Shown here: positions 26,201-29,642 of the stretch, in pieces | How the letters are laid out: the number at the start of each line of letters is the position of its first letter | Position numbering within the stretch: position 1 is the stretch's first letter | The notes under the pieces: generated by a model | What the model saw: the letters and a program-made list of their open reading frames with translations, nothing else | Databases searched by the model: none | Told to the model about the DNA's origin: nothing | Origin: a virus | Taxonomy: Duplodnaviria; Caudoviricetes | DNA length: 29,642 bases | Direction: 5' to 3' (one strand) | IMG/VR virus record: IMGVR_UViG_3300023180_000282 | Coordinates: 1 to 29,642 of that record | Position numbers and translations under genes: made by a program

Positions 26201-27318
26201 ACTATGATTCAATTACTGCAGGAAGTGGTGGATCTGGAACTCTTGGAATTGGAACTAGAGGAATTGATGGATCTTTAGTTAGATCACATCCAACAAATTC
26301 GCAGATCTTCCCATATGAACTGAATGGAGTATCACTTACTAAGATCAATAAGCAACATAATATGTCAGCAAATGCTCTACTGAGTAGTTCTCAAGATCTT
26401 GATAAGTACTACATTCAAATTGATCGTCAAGATAGAGCAACTGGCAATACACAACTCAGTTTCACCGATGAAAATTATGTTGGTGGAAAAGATGTAATCG
26501 CCACAAAGAATATTCAATACAATACTCTTCTCCCAAGAGTTAATTTTATAACTCCTGGAGATGGAACAAATGTTTCAGCACAAATCAGAACAGTTTCTGG
26601 AACAAGTGCTGGTGGATCTGAGGTATCATTTATTGATCAAGGATTTGAATCAATTGAGATCAATGAGCAAAATGATCTTTCATCTACAAGAATTGTTGCA
26701 TCTGAAGTAAATGAAACTAATAGATTGACAAATCTTCCAAAGAATAGATCATTCACTCTTGGAATTACAATGAATTCCAATGATTCAAACCTTTCACCAG
26801 TTATCGATACTGCCAACATCACAATGATTTATGGCAGAAATCGTTTGAATAATCCAGTTTCCGACTATGCCTTTGATGGTCGTGTAAATCTCAATTCTGA
26901 AGATCCACACACATCAGTTTATGTGACTAACAAAGTCTCACTCAAACAACCAGCAACGTCACTTAAAGTATTGGTTGGATCATATAGGCATTCATCTGCA
27001 GACTTTAGAGTTCTCTATCAACTCTATAGGACAGACTCAAATGAAGTTGAACAAGCATTTGAACTGTTCCCTGGATACGATAACTTGAGAGATACTAATA
27101 ATGATGGTTTCGGTGACACTATAATTGATAGTACCAGAAATAGCGGTAGAGCAGATGCTTATGTTGTTCCTAGTGCTGATGGACAATTCTCCGAATATCA
27201 GTTTAGTATTGATAATCTGGAACAGTTTAATGGATTCAGAATTAAAATTGTAATGAGTGGAACTAATGAGGCACGCTCACCCAAGTTTAAGGATCTCAGA
27301 GTCATCGCTCTTGCATAA
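20212..27318 (+). CDS. Large virion structural protein, VrlC/DUF4815-like (2368 aa)
   Basis: NLNISPYFDDF...VLFKPGFPVQARELTTLQS, APGADRLKI, RTYEESGDY, YTMRDIGKIEDRV, RFKSGFFVDDF and DPLAQSF motifs. Confidence 0.85.
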   Translation: MPQKTNLNISPYFDDFDKDDNFYRVLFKPGFPVQARELTTLQSMLQNQIESFGSHIFKEGSMVIPGNINYDGEYTCIKVNSDHLGIDIINYADKLVGKRLRGQSSGVVASVDKYENISPTEGITDFTLFVRYHQAGTTEEVATFSDGEVLITEESFTYGNTNINAGDTVASVVSENSSAIGSNVSIGNGVYFIRGTFVDVSEDKVILDPYSNTPSYRVGLSISEEIITAKDDSALYDNAKGFSNYAAPGADRLKISTTLTKKLLTDFDDKNFVELIRIENGEIKKLQNTSVYSIIRDYFAKRTYEESGDYSLGNFGVQIAESLNDRLSNDGVYFDGQVTDQLNTPSEDLLAVKVSPGKAYVRGFDIETVSTTVLDVEKPRDTRTVTNALVPFEFGTLFKVNFAAGLPFIGINNNSNTVELHNRRKTTQFATAIPTNSTKIGEARIYAYNLSDAPYSNNASEFDLYLFDVQTYTEIVVNEDLNSTQCPATSFVEGVSSGASGFVVTAASSATIMLTQTSGTFIAGEQLRINGTTEVSRSVKTVKTFGIQDVKSVYQDSTGTVSGGELKVDFSADLVLQKKTATNFSITDTITISTAGIATVPGKNFVGIKSDAIIRYQTSDLSVETFNRVQSVSSDGLVLTLEAATDVSNVCDGNLPSSTQTVNFSIGVPVVQEKGGLYAHLEEDNISSVGLSGSNLTVVKQIREKSTNSSGQLTLTPSETGITSSRYETFDADRYSIVYSGSNGYEQLTSDQFTLATDGSVTIQGLLASQTSDVTVNTTLKKIGIKEKQKEYVRSEKVNITNTSSGISTSLAGLSTSPFYGTRIEDREICLNLPDVVKLIGVFESLNTSAPVLDSLEFPSGLSLDTNSILGEKILGKDSGALAQVVTRSSATKVEIVRLNDAEFAVGETVTFQESNIQSAIATINKGNYQNVTSHYRLDTAQREQYYDYSRIVRKNDGYIPSRRLLVVFDYYRVPSNDLGDVYTVNSYDPERYKYDIPVLPSGIRVSNVLDFRPRVAQFTSTTSSPFAFSSRTFATAGTNPTLVVAPLEGSVVDYSHYLPRIDKVSLDKEGNFSVTKGVSAVNPKAPSNVDSAMEIATIELPAYLYNVKDAKITITDNRRYTMRDIGKIEDRVETLETLTSLSLLELDTKSLQVRDADGFDRFKSGFFVDDFKDVGRLDKNDSEVNVDSSNNELTTPIDFYSLKPQVALEPSINLDTADFTQNLQLLDSNVQKTGDLITLKYTEKTWIEQPLASRVENVNPFNMIDFTGRIELSPASDNWVRNVFIDGGERSIVGDFDGSYIETIKISSTPDTHIRSRNVSFTAGGLRPLARHYQFFDSASGIDIAPKLIEITMSSGVFSVGENVQGFINGNRSSGGTRIFRARAIQPNHKTGPYNNPTTTISLNPYDRSLTLPTTYSASSTVLNVDSESLSDEVQGRYFGYVTKGMVLVGETSGAQAVVSDVRLVTDTFGDVGGSFFFRDPLASPPPPLRFETGTRTFKITSSSTNAQPLPGSLLISSGETTYTTSGIVDTFRQTRVIVRRPPPPPPAPPQNRGGGKDPLAQSFTVDETGAFLTAVDLFFANKDENEKVTIEVRTVELGTPTDQLVDDFSRVTLEPSQVNTSSDGTVATKVTFPSPIYLEPSKEYAIVILAPTTNNYEAWIARMGEKTVNTTTLPNAESVIVTKQYVGGSLFKSQNGTIWTASQFEDLKFKLYKANFATSQGTAYFYNTPLTTIDANLPKLTLDPIKTLPRKLKVGITTTSTMDAILQVGRKVSDGTDTRPYGYIEQVGGRLQTTEVSNVGAGYSNGSFSDVPLYTITGSGSGARGTVVVSANKLSSVSITTKGNGYVIGDVVGVTTSSVAKGTDGRVTVKTLDGKDTLYLTNVQGEEFTTNDDLVVYNGSTAVSFANTDILSSSVVNSLYEGNVIEVNQYGHGMHATNNIVTLSDIEPNTVPSTLSAELTIGSASISVANTSIFETFEGITTSKGFAKINNEIVYYDSITAGSGGSGTLGIGTRGIDGSLVRSHPTNSQIFPYELNGVSLTKINKQHNMSANALLSSSQDLDKYYIQIDRQDRATGNTQLSFTDENYVGGKDVIATKNIQYNTLLPRVNFITPGDGTNVSAQIRTVSGTSAGGSEVSFIDQGFESIEINEQNDLSSTRIVASEVNETNRLTNLPKNRSFTLGITMNSNDSNLSPVIDTANITMIYGRNRLNNPVSDYAFDGRVNLNSEDPHTSVYVTNKVSLKQPATSLKVLVGSYRHSSADFRVLYQLYRTDSNEVEQAFELFPGYDNLRDTNNDGFGDTIIDSTRNSGRADAYVVPSADGQFSEYQFSIDNLEQFNGFRIKIVMSGTNEARSPKFKDLRVIALA

Positions 27319-27320
27319 TT

Positions 27321-27518
27321 ATGATTAGAGTTGATGGTTATAAAAACTTATACCGCGATGACTCGGGAGCAATTGTTAGTATTGATACAGATGAATATTC
27401 ACAATATGTTAAATTGAGATCTCAGAGAAAACATCAAAGGGATGAATTGGTAGAAATGAGAAAAGATATTGATGAAATCAAATCCCTACTTAAGGAGTTT
27501 TTAAATGGATCCAAGTAA
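27321..27518 (+). CDS. Small hypothetical protein with a C-terminal coiled coil (65 aa)
   Basis: Starts 2 nt after the upstream stop; LYRDDSGAIV...MRKDIDEIKSLLKE. Confidence 0.85.
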   Translation: MIRVDGYKNLYRDDSGAIVSIDTDEYSQYVKLRSQRKHQRDELVEMRKDIDEIKSLLKEFLNGSK

Positions 27519-27684
27519 AATTGAACTAGAAAATTTAAGCAAGAGTTTTGAGTACTTTAAACTTGCTGCAGAAATTGACGAATGTGAGTCTATTGAAAGA
27601 CTTAGAAATCTTGCAAAATCTTATATAAAATTATACATGAAACAACAAGAGGTTGTTTCTGCTATGGGTTTATCCGGACTATAA
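27505..27684 (+). CDS. NblA-like two-helix protein (59 aa); absent from the ORF track
   Basis: MDPSKIELENLSKSFEYFKLAAEIDECESIERLRNLAKSYIKLYMKQQEVVSAMGLSGL, with an AAGGAG SD at 27492-97. The CDS is well supported; the NblA resemblance is at pattern level only. Confidence 0.6.
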   Translation: MDPSKIELENLSKSFEYFKLAAEIDECESIERLRNLAKSYIKLYMKQQEVVSAMGLSGL

Positions 27685-27687
27685 ATA
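27680..27687 (+). promoter_or_regulatory. T4 late promoter TATAAATA
   Basis: Exact consensus, overlapping the stop of the upstream gene. Confidence 0.8.
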
Positions 27688-27707
27688 TTTAAAACCCTCA
27701 TTATAAA

Positions 27708-28046
27708 ATGGCAGTCTATACCTCTAATATCTTAGTAAATACTGATACTGATTTTACTCAGGTGTTTACTTTAGAAAATGCTGATACTAATTCTGCACTC
27801 AATTTGACTGGATATGATGTAAAAGCACAGATGAGAAAACACCCCAGTTCTAGCGGTGTTACAACATTTACCTCATCAATTCTTAGTGCTGCTGCTGGAC
27901 AAATTCAAATTGGATTGTCCACATCACAAACAGCAGATCTTAAAGAGGGTAGATATTTGTATGATGTTGTCATTACAGATACTTCTTCCGTAATGACAAG
28001 AGTTGTTGAAGGCACTGCACTGGTAAGCAAGGGAGTTACTCGCTAA
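27708..28046 (+). CDS. Small beta-rich virion structural/adaptor protein (112 aa)
   Basis: DFTQVFTL...LNLTGY..KAQMRK...GRYLYDVVI...RVVEGTALV, an Ig-like pattern seen near tail fibre genes; under a late promoter. Confidence 0.75.
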   Translation: MAVYTSNILVNTDTDFTQVFTLENADTNSALNLTGYDVKAQMRKHPSSSGVTTFTSSILSAAAGQIQIGLSTSQTADLKEGRYLYDVVITDTSSVMTRVVEGTALVSKGVTR

Positions 28047-28279
28047 TGGCAACCATTAAAGTTAGGGTAGGTCAGAAGAACGGTGTTAAAGTTGTAGCAT
28101 CAAATACATCAGTTTCTACATCAGCAGTTGGTAGTGCAAGTGATGTTGATACGGGTGCAAGAGCTGCCAATACCTTCCTAATGTATGATGGGACTGAATA
28201 TATTCATGTTCCTGCATCAGAAATCTTAGATTTAGCAGACACCGTTGATGATAGTTCTATTGATTATGGAAGTTTTTAA
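28046..28279 (+). CDS. Small putative structural protein (77 aa)
   Basis: TAATG coupling with the upstream gene; ends IDYGSF, a DxGxF-like tail. Confidence 0.75.
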   Translation: MATIKVRVGQKNGVKVVASNTSVSTSAVGSASDVDTGARAANTFLMYDGTEYIHVPASEILDLADTVDDSSIDYGSF

Positions 28280-28291
28280 GTAATTTTTTAA

Positions 28292-28298
28292 CTAAATA
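28292..28298 (+). promoter_or_regulatory. T4-type late promoter variant (CTAAATA)
   Basis: Intergenic TAAATA core, 22 nt upstream of ATG 28321. Confidence 0.6.
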
Positions 28299-28320
28299 CA
28301 TAAAAAGGTAATACTGAAAA

Positions 28321-29642
28321 ATGGCCGCACCTGTTTTAAAGTTTAAAAGGGGAAATCTAACTGATTTGCCCGCTCTGGCTGTTGGTGAACCTGGTTTTAC
28401 AATTGATAAGTTTGATCTTTATCTCGGCAGCAGTTCGGGAAACCAATTTGTTGGAAGTGGTAGATTCTGGTCCACAGAAACTGCATCGGCAGGTAGCGCC
28501 GTAAATATCTTCGAAGCTACTGCCAACGGAACAAATAAAATTTCTCTGAAAGCACCAACAAGCATTGCTTCAGATGTAGAACTTATTTTCCCATCTGCCC
28601 AAGGTGCAGTATCTTCGGTACTGACTAACGATGGATCTGGAAATTTAAGTTGGGCTAGTGGATCAGCAAACCCAGTATTTACTGGTATTGCAACATTCAA
28701 TACATCTCAGGTAGATGTCAACAGCACAGTAACTGTCTCTGGTATTACCACCTTTGAAAGTACGCAGGATAATACTTTAGGTAATGTTGATAGTGGTGCA
28801 GTTCAGATTGATGGTGGCGTAGGTATTGCCAAGAATCTGACAGTTGGTGCCGCAGCGTCGATCACTGCCGATTTCTATGTTGTTGGTCTTTCAACCTTTG
28901 AAGGTGCTGTAGAATTCAGAGGTGGAACAATTAACCTCGGTGATTCTGACACCGATAATATCGTACTTGGTGGCGAAATTAATTCAAATGTAATTCCAAA
29001 TACTGACGATACATTTGATTTAGGTTCGTCTTCTAAACAATGGAGAGACCTGTTTATTGATGGTACGGCAGACATTGACGCATTAAATGTAGGCATTGGT
29101 ACTTTTGTTGACATCAACGTCAGTGGTGCAACCACAGTTACTGGTGCTTTAGATGTTAACGGTGGTGCTGATATCTCTGGTGGAGAAACCACACTTTCAT
29201 CTGCTACCGTTTCCGACCTTACTGCTGGTCGTGTTGTTCTTGCCGGAACTTCAGGTGCTCTTGAAGATGATGCAAGTTTAACTTATACTGATGCAGATGG
29301 TCTTACTGTTGCCAATAGTGGAATTAATGTTACAGGAGTTTCAACATTCTCTACAGATGTAGTTGTTGGTGGAGACATTCGTGTTAACGGAAATGATGTT
29401 AGAGATAGTGGTGGAAATGCTGCCTTAACATTTGATGGATCACAGGGTGTAACTGCAAACGCAGGATTAACTGTTACTGGAACTCTTACGGCAAATGGTG
29501 CTGTTGATCTTGGAAATGAAGTTACTGACACCATTACTGCCACTGGACGTTTTGATAGCAGCCTGATTCCTCTTAGTGATGATGCTGTTGATCTTGGAAC
29601 CTCTGGTAATCAGTGGAGAGACCTGTTTATTGACGGCACAGC
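28321..29642 (+). CDS. Tail fibre-like protein, 3'-truncated; absent from the ORF track
   Basis: MAAPVLKFKRGNLTDLPALAVGEPGF... Gly/Thr/Ser/Val-rich, with GAVQIDGGVGIAKNLTVG and DLGxxxxQWRDLFIDG fibre repeats; open to the end of the window. Confidence 0.85.
   Translation, partial: MAAPVLKFKRGNLTDLPALAVGEPGFTIDKFDLYLGSSSGNQFVGSGRFWSTETASAGSAVNIFEATANGTNKISLKAPTSIASDVELIFPSAQGAVSSVLTNDGSGNLSWASGSANPVFTGIATFNTSQVDVNSTVTVSGITTFESTQDNTLGNVDSGAVQIDGGVGIAKNLTVGAAASITADFYVVGLSTFEGAVEFRGGTINLGDSDTDNIVLGGEINSNVIPNTDDTFDLGSSSKQWRDLFIDGTADIDALNVGIGTFVDINVSGATTVTGALDVNGGADISGGETTLSSATVSDLTAGRVVLAGTSGALEDDASLTYTDADGLTVANSGINVTGVSTFSTDVVVGGDIRVNGNDVRDSGGNAALTFDGSQGVTANAGLTVTGTLTANGAVDLGNEVTDTITATGRFDSSLIPLSDDAVDLGTSGNQWRDLFIDGT
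29041..29633 (+). repeat. Exact 20-nt intragenic direct repeat TGGAGAGACCTGTTTATTGA (29041-60 and 29614-33)
   Basis: Copies are 573 nt (191 codons) apart and both encode WRDLFID. Confidence 0.85.

Noticed and set aside
395-29543. Numerous minus-strand ORFs in the track (e.g. 3169..3687, 4874..5185, 23811..24128, 28875..29192)
   Set aside because: They are antisense shadows of well-supported + strand genes, with no recognisable motifs or expression signals.
29041-29633. Diversity-generating retroelement TR/VR pair
   Set aside because: The shared segment is short, the differences are not adenine-specific, and no reverse transcriptase is in the window.
1-29642. tRNA, rRNA, intron, intein or homing endonuclease
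   Set aside because: None was recognised by eye and intergenic gaps are mostly too short. A covariance-model scan was not run.

Overview
The window is from a T4-like cyanomyovirus (Kyanoviridae-type cyanophage), and every credible gene is on the + strand. Bases 1-2526 end an early/accessory region, GC-rich from about 900: a 5'-truncated protein with covalent nucleotidyltransferase (ligase-like) motifs, several tiny genes behind repeated non-canonical promoters, and a solo HicA-like toxin. A structured non-coding GC-to-AT switch (2526-2720) follows, then an AbrB-like gene, a GT2-like gene and small conserved genes. The AT-rich late structural module has T4-type TATAAATA late promoters and contains gp25, gp6, a giant gp7-like gene broken by a 1-nt frameshift near 14712, gp8, a VrlC/DUF4815-like giant, small genes including an unannotated NblA-like ORF, and a 3'-truncated tail fibre. 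The most notable signals are a fixed-spacing upstream promoter box, two similar compact pseudoknot leaders (one able to switch with an RBS-sequestering hairpin), the ligase-like/HicA/AbrB cluster and the NblA-like gene. All calls come from reading the sequence by eye; no database searches were run.
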